From Phycisphaerae bacterium (GTDB lineage: Bacteria; Planctomycetota; Phycisphaerae; UBA1845): 64,000 nt of DNA. Of the stretch, positions 1 through 9,165 are shown piece by piece (the first letter of the stretch is position 1; every line of letters starts with the position of its first letter). Made by a program: the position numbers and the translations under genes. Below the pieces are notes generated by a model. The model was given only the letters and a program-made list of their open reading frames with translations, searched no databases and had not been told where the DNA came from. The stretch is from the NCBI GenBank assembly GCA_029260135.1, contig JAJDDV010000146.1, forward strand, positions 33,303 through 97,302, read 5' to 3'.

Positions 1-2505
1 ATTGTGGCCATCAAGGTGTTGCTCGAAGGGGCATTCGCGACCGCGACGAGTCGTCGCCGATTTGAGCGCGAGATCGACGTCGTCTCGAGTTTGCGTCACC
101 CTCATATTGTTAGCGTCTACGATAGTGGTACCACGCCGGACGACCGGCTGTACTTCGTGATGGAGTACGTTGACGGCGTCGCTTTCCACGACCACGTTCG
201 GGCCCACCAAACCGGTAGGTCGAAGAACCGACCGGACAGGACTCGAGGGCTGTTGGCGCTGTTCGTCAAGATCTGTGACGCTGTTCAATACGCCCACCAG
301 CACGGCGTGATTCATCGGGATCTCAAGCCAAGCAACGTTCGCATCGACGGCACCGGTGAGCCGCGGATTCTCGACTTCGGATTGGCCCGACCGGTCTTGG
401 ACGCATCGCGCACCGAGCGGAGCCGTGTGGCGGTGAGCCGAACCGGGCAGTTCGTGGGGTCGTTGGGATGGGCAAGTCCGGAACAGGCGGAGGGGAGTTC
501 GACGGGCATCGACGTGCGCACCGACGTCTACTCCTTGGGTGTGATGCTGTATCACGCGCTCACGGACCAGTTTCCGTACGATGTGACGGGCGGCGTTCGC
601 GACGTTCTCAATCGAATTCTTGCCACGGAGCCTGCGGATCCAGCGTCGATCAGCCGTGACGTCGATCCGGAGCTGAGCACGATTCTGCTGCGAACGCTGG
701 CGAAGTCGCCGGAACGCCGTTACCAGAGTGCAGGGGACCTGGCGCGCGACCTGCGTCGCTATCTGGCAGGCGAGCCGATCGAAGCGCGTCGGGACAGCAC
801 CTGGTATGTTCTATCCAAGCAACTGCGGCGTTACAGGCTGGCCGTTGCGACGATCGGCGTTTTCCTGGTGCTGACCTCCGGATTCGCCGTGACGATGGGT
901 TTTCTTTATCGGCGGGCGGATCAAGCGGAACGGTTGGCGGCGCTGCGTTTGACGGTCAGCGAGCGCGAGGCGAGCAAGGCCTCTGCCATCAAGGCGTTTC
1001 TTCAGGACATGCTGCAGTCGGTGGATGCGGAGCGCGACGGTTACGAAGTCAAGGTTGCCGAGGTTCTCGATCGGGCCGCGGGCGAACTGGACGGTCGGTT
1101 CGCGGACCATTCGGAGGTTCGGTCGTCATTGTACAGCACCTTGGGGGAGAGCTTCCGCAGTCTGGGGCGGTATGCGGAGGCGACCCGCTTGCTCGACAAG
1201 AGTATTGCAGTAGCTCGCGAATCGCCGGAGTTTCGTGAAGCGGACACGATCGACGTGATGGCCTCGCTCGGTGCGTCGCAGCTCGAAGCGGGTGAGACGG
1301 ACGATGCCCGGCGAACGCTGGGCGACGCACTGTCCTTGTCCGTAGATCATCTCGGTCCGGAGAACGCGACAACGCTGGCTATTCGTCTGAGCCTCGTTCT
1401 CGTTCGTCGGGAGAAGGGTGAGGTCGGGGGCGCGATTGCGGAGGCGCGCGACATTCTTGTCGTTCAGCGCCGGGTTCTGGGTGACGATCACCGCGATACA
1501 CTGTCGACACTGCGCACCCTCGGCGTGCTGTTGCAGGAGAACGGGGCATTCGATGAGGCGCAACCGGTCTTGCGCGAGGCGTTCCAGGCCTGCGTGAAGG
1601 CACTGGGCGAGGGACACATCGACTGTGCGAAGTCCGGGAGCAACCTCGGATTGCTCCTCGATCAGATGGGTCGCTTCGACGATGCGGAATCCATCTATCG
1701 GCGAGCCTTGGACGCGCAGCGGCGCGTTCGCGGACGCGACCATCCGGAAACGTTGACGGTCCTGAACAACCTCGCGACGACGTTGCAGCACAACGGTGAA
1801 CTCGCTGAAGCGGAGGCTTTGCACCGCGAGATTCTTAGCGTGCGGCGCCGTGTGCTCGGTGGTGAGCACAGCCTGACGCTGCTGACGTTGAACAACCTGG
1901 CGCGTGTTCTTCACGATCGAGGCAAGCTCGATGAGGCAGAGCCGTTGTTGGGCGAGGCGCTGGACACATTTGAACGGACGCTTGGGGAGCAACATCCGAG
2001 GACGATCACAGCGATGGGGGCGCTGGCGGGCGTCGTGGCTGATCGCGGCAATCTGGATGAAGCGGAGCGACTTTTTGCGCGCGTCATCGTGTTGCGCAGC
2101 CGGACCATGGGCAGCGAGCATCCCGCAACGCTGATCGACATGCACAATCTCGCCGGGATCTATCGAGATCAAGGGCGGCATGAAGAGGCGGTCGCGCAAT
2201 ATGACCGCGTGCTGTCGATCGCGGGAAGCGTGCTTCCGGAGGGACATTGGCTGCGGTTTGTTTTCTTGAGTGCGTCGGGACAGTGCCTTGTGAAGCTGAG
2301 GCGATTCGAGGAGGCGGAAGAGCGACTGCGTGTCGCCTGGAAGGGTTTTCGTTCGGCGCTGAGAGTCGATCATGAGCGTACGGCACGGGCCGCGAGTCGT
2401 CTCGTCGAACTCTACGAGGTTTGGGGAGACCCGGATGAGGCTGCGGCGATCCGCGCGGAACAGGACGCTGAGGTGGGCGGCGGTCGACCCGACGATCCCG
2501 AGTAA
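1..2505 (+). CDS. Ser/Thr protein kinase, membrane-anchored, with C-terminal TPR array (N-terminus lies upstream of the window)
   Basis: ORF 4..2505 is open to the window edge. It has the kinase catalytic loop HRDLKPSNV plus DFG and SPE motifs. A hydrophobic helix (LAVATIGVFLVLTSGFAVTMGFLY) follows, then about 10 TPR-like units with recurring ..TL..LNNLA..L...G.LDEAE.L. Confidence 0.9.
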   Translation: MVAIKVLLEGAFATATSRRRFEREIDVVSSLRHPHIVSVYDSGTTPDDRLYFVMEYVDGVAFHDHVRAHQTGRSKNRPDRTRGLLALFVKICDAVQYAHQHGVIHRDLKPSNVRIDGTGEPRILDFGLARPVLDASRTERSRVAVSRTGQFVGSLGWASPEQAEGSSTGIDVRTDVYSLGVMLYHALTDQFPYDVTGGVRDVLNRILATEPADPASISRDVDPELSTILLRTLAKSPERRYQSAGDLARDLRRYLAGEPIEARRDSTWYVLSKQLRRYRLAVATIGVFLVLTSGFAVTMGFLYRRADQAERLAALRLTVSEREASKASAIKAFLQDMLQSVDAERDGYEVKVAEVLDRAAGELDGRFADHSEVRSSLYSTLGESFRSLGRYAEATRLLDKSIAVARESPEFREADTIDVMASLGASQLEAGETDDARRTLGDALSLSVDHLGPENATTLAIRLSLVLVRREKGEVGGAIAEARDILVVQRRVLGDDHRDTLSTLRTLGVLLQENGAFDEAQPVLREAFQACVKALGEGHIDCAKSGSNLGLLLDQMGRFDDAESIYRRALDAQRRVRGRDHPETLTVLNNLATTLQHNGELAEAEALHREILSVRRRVLGGEHSLTLLTLNNLARVLHDRGKLDEAEPLLGEALDTFERTLGEQHPRTITAMGALAGVVADRGNLDEAERLFARVIVLRSRTMGSEHPATLIDMHNLAGIYRDQGRHEEAVAQYDRVLSIAGSVLPEGHWLRFVFLSASGQCLVKLRRFEEAEERLRVAWKGFRSALRVDHERTARAASRLVELYEVWGDPDEAAAIRAEQDAEVGGGRPDDPE

Positions 2506-2700
2506 TTCACGTCTAGACGGGTCACATCCTCGAGGCGGGGGACCGCAGCTTGCCGGTACAGGGCGGAAGTTTGCGTCCATCGCAGGGTCAGCTATAGAAT
2601 GGGGCCGGCGGTATGCGATTCTGCAGGACGGATCGGCTTTGGTGCGGATCGGGTCGGGCCGGCCGCATCGTGTCTCGCCGCTTTTGAGGAGCAGCGCCCG

Positions 2701-3741
2701 GTGACAAGACGAGGACGGAGCTTCGTGGCCGCTTTCGCGGTGATGGTCGGGATGTCCGCATGCGCCGGCGTGGCCGCTGCTCAGGAACAACGCAGGCGCG
2801 AGCTGACGTTTGATGCGAATCTGAACGATTGGGTGGATAGGCCTTCGCCGACGCCGGGATCAGCTGAGGCGGAGCTTCAAGAGATTCGCCGGCAGATCAA
2901 GGAGGGGCGGTCGAGGCAGGCCCTGGGCTCCATCAAGCGTTTCGTGAAACGGCGGGGCGAGTCGCACGCGCTGTATCCCCATGCGCTCGTGGCTCAGGCC
3001 GACGCCCTGATCGCGCGTCAGGACTACTATGAGGCGCACGTCGTATTGCAGACCTTCCTCAATGAATTCGGCGGGATCGCCTTGACCTCCGAGGCGCTTC
3101 GCCTGGAGTTCGTGATCGCGGAAACGTATCTTCGAGGCGTGAAGCGGAAACTGTGGGGGATGCGGCTCCTCTCCGGCGAAGAGCTGGCGTTCGAGATACT
3201 CGATGAGTTGTCGACGGACTATCCGGACAGTCGGTTGGCCGAACTCGCGCTGAAGACTAAGGCTGACTATCTGTTTACACAGGGGGAACACTTGCTGGCC
3301 GAGATGGAGTACGCCCGGTTGCTGCGGAACTTTCCGCAGAGCCGCTACCATCAATTCGCGATGCGCCGTTCGGCGAACGCGGCGCTGGCGAGTTTTGGGG
3401 GGGTAGAGTACGACGAGGCTGCGTTGATCGAGGCGGATGAACGCTTCGATGAGTATCGCCGACATTATCCCGGTGCTCCGGATGTCGAGGGCGTGGCCGT
3501 CATCTTGGATGACATCCGAGAGAAGCGTGCCGAGAAGGAGTACTCCATCGGGTCGTATTACGAGCGAACGGGTCATGTGAGTTCGGCGGTTCATTACTAT
3601 CAGCTTGTGCGTTCCGACTGGCCGGAGACGATCGGCGCTTCGAAGGCCGGGGTGCGGTTGGAGGTGTTGGGCGTGTCGGTGGCTGGTAGGTCGCAGATGC
3701 CGATGGACTCGCCCCCGCAGCCTGAAGGGGGGCAACCATGA
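2701..3741 (+). CDS. BamD/YfiO-like TPR outer-membrane lipoprotein
   Basis: Lies in ORF 2599..3741. The in-frame GTG at 2701 gives a signal peptide ending in the lipobox-like VGMSAC. TPR-like helices follow, and the C-terminal ..EKEYSIGSYYERTGHVSSAVHYYQLV.. resembles BamD. The stop overlaps the next gene's start (ATGA at 3738). Confidence 0.6.
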   Translation: MTRRGRSFVAAFAVMVGMSACAGVAAAQEQRRRELTFDANLNDWVDRPSPTPGSAEAELQEIRRQIKEGRSRQALGSIKRFVKRRGESHALYPHALVAQADALIARQDYYEAHVVLQTFLNEFGGIALTSEALRLEFVIAETYLRGVKRKLWGMRLLSGEELAFEILDELSTDYPDSRLAELALKTKADYLFTQGEHLLAEMEYARLLRNFPQSRYHQFAMRRSANAALASFGGVEYDEAALIEADERFDEYRRHYPGAPDVEGVAVILDDIREKRAEKEYSIGSYYERTGHVSSAVHYYQLVRSDWPETIGASKAGVRLEVLGVSVAGRSQMPMDSPPQPEGGQP

Positions 3742-4244
3742 TGCGGCGTCCCACGCTCGCGTTGCTGGGTATCGTGGCGGGCGCGTTGGTGCTCTCGGCG
3801 GGATGTGGATATTCGACGACGCGCCCGTTTCGGACCGATATTCACACGATTCATGTGGATATGCTGGAGTCCAAGGAGTTTCGACGCGAGTTGGAGTTCC
3901 GCCTGACCGAAGCGATCATCAAGCGGATCGAGATGGATACGCCCTATCGCCTGGCGCCCCGTGCGCGGGCGGATTCGGTTCTCTCCGGGGAGATCGTCGC
4001 CGTCAAGAACCGTACACTGGGCGATGACTTTGATCTGGATTTGCCTCGCGAGATGGGGTCTACCGTGGTTGTCCGCTTTCGATGGCAGGATGTTCGCACG
4101 GGGGAGATTCTCGTTGAGAGGCCTCGTTTCGTGTATCAGACCAGCTTCATACCGCCTCTGGGTGAGACGTTCACGCAAGGAATGACGCGTGCGCTGGACG
4201 GGATGGCGGAGCAGATCGTCGAGTCGATGGAAGCGGACTGGTGA
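3738..4244 (+). CDS. LptE-like small lipoprotein (LPS-assembly lipoprotein family, tentative)
   Basis: 168 aa with signal peptide and lipobox LSAGC. Size and alternating beta/alpha pattern are typical of LptE. It is translationally coupled to the BamD-like gene. Confidence 0.5.
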   Translation: MMRRPTLALLGIVAGALVLSAGCGYSTTRPFRTDIHTIHVDMLESKEFRRELEFRLTEAIIKRIEMDTPYRLAPRARADSVLSGEIVAVKNRTLGDDFDLDLPREMGSTVVVRFRWQDVRTGEILVERPRFVYQTSFIPPLGETFTQGMTRALDGMAEQIVESMEADW

Positions 4245-4312
4245 GCACCCTATGATGAGGGTGACAGCATCGTAATGCCGGGTCTGCAAGAACTTACGTT
4301 GGACGTACGCAC

Positions 4313-6337
4313 ATGACGGATGATGACGGCTCGCCGCCGAAGAATACAACTGACCCGAAGCAGCCCAGCGGTCCGAACGCGCGTCTTTCGCGCAACGCGA
4401 TCAGCTGGCTGGTTCTTCTTGGACTGGCGATGGTTTTGGTCGGTGTCTTGACCGATCGGATGCCGTCCGCGGAGAAGCTCTCGATCGACGCGTTCTTCAC
4501 GTTGGTTGAAGAGCAGAAGATCGAGAAGCTGGTCATCAAGGAAGATGGATTCGTCGAAGGGCGCCGCAAGCCGGAGGCGCCGCCGGCGGAGGGTGTGTCG
4601 GAATTTACCGTCGTCTTTCCGCGCGAGGCGATCGACGGCGATTTCGTTCGGCGGATGATCACCGACCTGCCAGGCGTGGATGTCAGCTCGGAGAAGCCGA
4701 ACCAGTTCGTGCTCGTTCTGCTGAGCCTGCTTCCTTATTTGCTGATCTTCGCGTTCATCTGGTTTCTCATTTTCAGACAGATTCGAAACGCAAGCGGTCC
4801 CGGCGGCATGCTGGGGAATTTCGGCCGTTCCAAACACCGCGTTACGCCCAAAGAGCACACAAACGTGACGTTCAACGACGTCGCCGGCATTGAAGAGGCG
4901 AAGGAAGAAGTCCACGAGATCATCGAGTTTCTCAAGTCGCCCAAGAAGTTCCAGCGCCTGGGCGGTCGGATTCCGCACGGCATCTTGTTGATCGGCGAAC
5001 CGGGTTGCGGAAAGACGCTGCTGGCCAAAGCGATCGCGGGTGAAGCCGACGTGCCGTTCTTTTCGATCAGCGGTTCCGACTTTGTGGAGATGTTCGTCGG
5101 TGTCGGGGCCTCTCGTGTTCGCGACCTGTTCAAGCAGGCGAAAGAGAATTCCCCTTGCATCATCTTCCTGGATGAAATCGATGCCGTGGGGCGAATGCGC
5201 GGTATGAATTTCGGCGGCGGGGGTCATGACGAACGAGAGCAGACGCTCAACGCCATTCTGGTCGAGATGGACGGGTTCGATACGAACTCTCAGGTGATCG
5301 TCATCGCGGCGACCAACCGCGCGGATGTTCTCGACCCGGCGTTGATTCGGCCGGGTCGGTTCGATCGGCAGGTCTACGTGTCCATGCCGGACCTGCAGGG
5401 GCGCTACGAGATCCTCAAGGTTCACATGCGAAAGGTGAAGCTCGGACCGACGGTCGATGTTCGACGCGTGGCGCGCGGAACACCGATGTTCACCGGCGCC
5501 GAGTTGGCCGCATTGGTTAACGAGGCCGCATTGATCGCCACCTTGGGCAACAAAGAATTCATCGAGCAGGAGGACCTCGAAGAGGCCCGCGACAAGATTC
5601 GTTGGGGGCGCGCCAAGCGAAGCCGGGTGGTGGATGAACGCGATCGGGAGATCACGGCGTATCACGAGGCGGGCCATGCGCTAATTCAGGCTCTCGAGAA
5701 GGACTCCGATCCGCTTCACAAGGTGAGCATCATCCCGAGGGGACCTGCGGCCGGGGCAACGTTCTCGCTGCCCGAGCGCGACCGAATGGTCTATACACGG
5801 CGTTATCTTCTGGCGACGATGCGCGTGACGTTCGGCGGTCGCATCGCAGAGCATGTCTTCTTCGACGAGATCAGCAGCGGCGCCGCGTCGGACATCAAGC
5901 AGGCGACGGAGATGGCGCGGCGCATGATCCGCGAGTGGGGGATGGGGGATGAGGTCGGGTTCGTCTACTACGGCGACGACGTGGCCCGAACGACCTATTT
6001 CGATCCGAGAACGGAGTATTCGGACAAGACGGCCGAGACGATCGACACAGAGATCAAGAGGACGCTCGATACCGCGTTTGCCGAAGCGAAACGGGTCATC
6101 GTCGAGAACCGGGAACAGGTCGAATCGATCGCCAAGGAACTGCTCAAGTATGAGACCATCACCGGCGAAGAAGTGAACGCACTCATTCGCGGAGAGTCCA
6201 TCGAACGACCCGGTGTCTCCGATCTCCTCGATAGCGTCGACGCCGACGAGAATGTCGGTATGGCGCGACCGGTATCCGCCAATCCGGAACCCACGTCCGA
6301 CCTCGGACCCGGTGCCTTTCCTCAGCCGAGCACGTAG
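4313..6337 (+). CDS. ftsH: ATP-dependent zinc metalloprotease FtsH
   Basis: Two N-terminal TM helices, AAA+ Walker A GEPGCGKT, Walker [12 protein letters not shown] region ([18 protein letters not shown]) and the Zn site HEAGHAL. Confidence 0.97.
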   Translation: MTDDDGSPPKNTTDPKQPSGPNARLSRNAISWLVLLGLAMVLVGVLTDRMPSAEKLSIDAFFTLVEEQKIEKLVIKEDGFVEGRRKPEAPPAEGVSEFTVVFPREAIDGDFVRRMITDLPGVDVSSEKPNQFVLVLLSLLPYLLIFAFIWFLIFRQIRNASGPGGMLGNFGRSKHRVTPKEHTNVTFNDVAGIEEAKEEVHEIIEFLKSPKKFQRLGGRIPHGILLIGEPGCGKTLLAKAIAGEADVPFFSISGSDFVEMFVGVGASRVRDLFKQAKENSPCIIFLDEIDAVGRMRGMNFGGGGHDEREQTLNAILVEMDGFDTNSQVIVIAATNRADVLDPALIRPGRFDRQVYVSMPDLQGRYEILKVHMRKVKLGPTVDVRRVARGTPMFTGAELAALVNEAALIATLGNKEFIEQEDLEEARDKIRWGRAKRSRVVDERDREITAYHEAGHALIQALEKDSDPLHKVSIIPRGPAAGATFSLPERDRMVYTRRYLLATMRVTFGGRIAEHVFFDEISSGAASDIKQATEMARRMIREWGMGDEVGFVYYGDDVARTTYFDPRTEYSDKTAETIDTEIKRTLDTAFAEAKRVIVENREQVESIAKELLKYETITGEEVNALIRGESIERPGVSDLLDSVDADENVGMARPVSANPEPTSDLGPGAFPQPST

Positions 6338-6416
6338 CGCACTCCAGATATCCAGATTGTTGCGGTGCCGACGGGGCGGCGGCCTGCGCGGATCGAACCG
6401 GACAAGCGTCAGCCGC

Positions 6417-7439
6417 CTACGTCTGGTCGACACCGAGCTGAGCGAGGTGCTCGACGGCACAGGGGATGACCTGTTCGATGGCGTCGTGCAATCCGCCGTC
6501 GACGATGGCGCCGGCGGCTTGCGAATGCCCACCGCCATTAAACCGGGCCGCCAGTTCGAGCACCGTGACGCCTCCGTTCCCGCGAAAGTTGATTCGGATC
6601 TTCCCGCGATTGCCTTCCGTAAACAGCATAGCGAGGCGCACGCCGTCAAGCGAACGGGGAACCGTAATCTGATCATCAATGTCGGCGGCGGTGCAGCCGG
6701 CACCGTGGATGTCGTCGTATCCAGCGAAACTGTAGGCAATGGCACCGTCTGCTGCCGTTGTCGTGTTGGCGTAGATGACGCGGAGGAGGTCGAACTCGCT
6801 CTGTCGCTGGCTGCGATAGATTCGCGCCCCGAGCGTCGCGACGTCGGCGCCACACGCGACGAGATCGGCGGCGGCCGCCAAGGCGTTCGCATTGGTCGTC
6901 GGTAGCGAAAAACCGAGCGTGTCCGTAATGATGCCGGCGTAGAGAAGAGACGCCGTGGGCGGATCGATCGGACGCTGTGCCGCAACCAGAACGTGGTAGA
7001 GTAGTTCACAGCTGCTGCCGGCCTGATCGACAACCCAGTTGACGCTGCCGAAGCGGGTGTTGGTCTCGTGGTGATCGATATTGATGATCGGCCGGCCGGC
7101 CGACCAATCGGTCTGCTTCAAGTCCGGACCGACGTTGCAGCGAGGTTTCTTGGCCGTGTCGAGAACGATGAAGCCGTCGGCGGCGGCGAAATCCACCGGA
7201 CTGGCGATCCGCACCTCCGCAAGATCAAAGAGAAACGCGAGCCTCTTCGAGAGCGACCCGTCCGGTAGGGCGGCGGTCGGCCGACAGTCGTCCGTGCGCA
7301 GCGCGCGCGCGACGGCGAACATGCTGCCCAACGCATCGGCGTCCGGGACGACGTGCGATATGGCAATCGGCGCACGAAGTCCTCGCAGCCCCTCGATGAC
7401 CTCCGAGGGAACCGCGAGCGTCACTGGCTCTTCATCCAA
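6417..7439 (-). CDS. DHH/DHHA1 phosphoesterase (NrnA-like oligoribonuclease / pAp phosphatase)
   Basis: Motifs HVVPDADALGS, DTAK, INIDHH, GIITDT and the C-terminal GGGH. Its start overlaps the sat stop by 19 nt. Confidence 0.8.
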   Translation of the reverse strand: MDEEPVTLAVPSEVIEGLRGLRAPIAISHVVPDADALGSMFAVARALRTDDCRPTAALPDGSLSKRLAFLFDLAEVRIASPVDFAAADGFIVLDTAKKPRCNVGPDLKQTDWSAGRPIINIDHHETNTRFGSVNWVVDQAGSSCELLYHVLVAAQRPIDPPTASLLYAGIITDTLGFSLPTTNANALAAAADLVACGADVATLGARIYRSQRQSEFDLLRVIYANTTTAADGAIAYSFAGYDDIHGAGCTAADIDDQITVPRSLDGVRLAMLFTEGNRGKIRINFRGNGGVTVLELAARFNGGGHSQAAGAIVDGGLHDAIEQVIPCAVEHLAQLGVDQT

Positions 7440-8569
7440 TCGATCAGGATGTCCGCGATCTCAGGACGCGTGAACTCGCTCGGTGGACGTTCTCCCTTGG
7501 AGAGCATCTCACGCACCTTCGTGCCGGAAAGGAAGATCTGGTCGCCCTCGATTTTGGGGAATGTCTTGCCGCTGACCATGCCACCTGCAATTTTAGACCA
7601 GGCCGCGTGCTCGAAGTTCAGCGTTTGGATCTCCAGGGCACCATCGTCGAGCGTGTCAAAGATCTCTTGTGCGTCGTACGTGCCGTAATACTTACCGACA
7701 CCGGCGTGATCGCGCCCGATGATGATGTGGCTGCAGCCATAGTTCTGCCGGAGGATCGCGTGGAGGATGGCCTCCCGCGGGCCCGCATAGCGCATCGCCG
7801 CCGGCATGATCGTCAGCATCGTGCGGTCCGGGTGGTAGTACTTCTCCAGCAAGACCTCGTAGCACGTCATCCGTACGTCCGGTGGGATGTCGCCGTCTTT
7901 GGTGGCCCCCATGAGCGGATGGACGAGGAGTCCGTCGGTGATCTCCTGCGCGCACTTCGTCAGATACTCATGCGCGCGATGGATCGGATTTCGAGTCTGG
8001 AAGGCCGCAATCGTCGTCCAACCGCGCTTCTCGAACGCCGCGCGCGTCTGCACAGGCGTGAGACGGTGATCCGCAAACATCGGATCGTGACGTACGGCGA
8101 CCGCATCGATCGTTCCCGCCAGGCAAGTATCACCCTCTTCCATCACGATCTTGACGCCCGGATGCGCCGTGTCATCCGTACCAAATGCTTTGGTGGCCGC
8201 CAGCTTCTTGTTCTGCTGGAATTTCTCGGTCACGTTCAGATAACCGAGCAGGCGCCCGGCGTCATCGTGAAGCGAAACCCGGTCGCCCGCGTTCACTTTG
8301 TCGGCCGTGGCATCGTCGACGGCACAGGTGATCGGGATAGGCCAGACGTCGCCGTTGGTCAGCGTCATGTTGTTACAGACGCTCTCGTGGTCCGCTTGGC
8401 ACATGAAACCCTCCAAGGGGCTCATGGCGCCGATCGAGATCATCTCGAAATCGCACTGCTGCTGGGCCGAGAGTGTGATCTTAACACCGCCGAAAGAGGA
8501 GTCTTCGCTTGCTCCGGTCCGATCGACCAGCGTTCCGCCGTGGGGTTGAATCAGTTTCCTGTGGGGCAT
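7421..8569 (-). CDS. sat: Sulfate adenylyltransferase (ATP sulfurylase)
   Basis: 382 aa with QTRNPIHRAHEYL and GRDHAGVG signature motifs and a PUA-like N-terminal domain. Confidence 0.92.
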   Translation of the reverse strand: MPHRKLIQPHGGTLVDRTGASEDSSFGGVKITLSAQQQCDFEMISIGAMSPLEGFMCQADHESVCNNMTLTNGDVWPIPITCAVDDATADKVNAGDRVSLHDDAGRLLGYLNVTEKFQQNKKLAATKAFGTDDTAHPGVKIVMEEGDTCLAGTIDAVAVRHDPMFADHRLTPVQTRAAFEKRGWTTIAAFQTRNPIHRAHEYLTKCAQEITDGLLVHPLMGATKDGDIPPDVRMTCYEVLLEKYYHPDRTMLTIMPAAMRYAGPREAILHAILRQNYGCSHIIIGRDHAGVGKYYGTYDAQEIFDTLDDGALEIQTLNFEHAAWSKIAGGMVSGKTFPKIEGDQIFLSGTKVREMLSKGERPPSEFTRPEIADILIDWMKSQ

Positions 8570-9159
8570 TCGTTCGCTTTCTGTTCTGGTGTTGGCTCTT
8601 GTTTCGGTTCTTGTTTTGGTGGTTTCGGCGCAGACGAATCCGACTGTGACGACGCCTTGACCGGCGCAATCACCATGGTCATCCGGCGACCTTCCATGAC
8701 AGGGCGTCGCTCCACTTTCACGCTCTCGCCGAACTCGACGAGGATGCTGTCGAAGATGTCCACCGCCCTTTCTTTGTGGAAACGTTCTCGACCTCGAAAG
8801 AGCATGGTGAACTGCACCTTATGCCCTTCGCCGAGGAACTCTCTGGCGTGCTTCAGCTTGATCTGTCGGTCGTTCGTATCGGTTTTGGGCCGAATTCGAA
8901 TCTCTTTGAGCACGGTCACATGCGCACCGGCCGCCTGCTTCTGGCGCTTCTTGCGATCGTACTTGAACTTGCCGTAGTCCATGATACGGCATACCGGCGG
9001 CTTTTCCGTCGGGGAGACCTCGACGAGATCCAGACCCGCCTCCCGTGCCAGGTCGAGCGCGTCATTCAAAGAGATGACCCCAAGCTGCTGCTGGTTCTGG
9101 TCAATCACACGGATAGGTGATATCCGGATTTGCGTGTTGAGACGAAGTGCCTTTGCGAT
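8551..9159 (-). CDS. infC: Translation initiation factor IF-3, start extended to a non-canonical AUC
   Basis: The ORF track starts at GTG 9108 (VIDQNQQQLGVISL..). The upstream in-frame codons read IAKALRLNTQIRISPIR. This aligns with the conserved IF-3 N-terminus (E. coli ..NRINGEIRAQEVRL..). No ATG/GTG/TTG lies between the thrS stop (9166-9168) and 9108. Confidence 0.85.
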   Translation of the reverse strand: MAKALRLNTQIRISPIRVIDQNQQQLGVISLNDALDLAREAGLDLVEVSPTEKPPVCRIMDYGKFKYDRKKRQKQAAGAHVTVLKEIRIRPKTDTNDRQIKLKHAREFLGEGHKVQFTMLFRGRERFHKERAVDIFDSILVEFGESVKVERRPVMEGRRMTMVIAPVKASSQSDSSAPKPPKQEPKQEPTPEQKANECPTGN

Positions 9160-9165
9160 GGTACG

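Noticed and set aside
1126-2790. A 554-aa minus-strand ORF antisense to the kinase-TPR gene. Similar long antisense ORFs occur at 9343..11508, 16546..17634, 20912..22228, 43502..45433, 45798..46814 and 46962..47648, among others.
   Set aside because: These are typical GC-rich shadow frames. They are Arg/Pro/Ser/Gly-dominated with no recognisable motifs, and each lies fully opposite a gene with strong family signatures.
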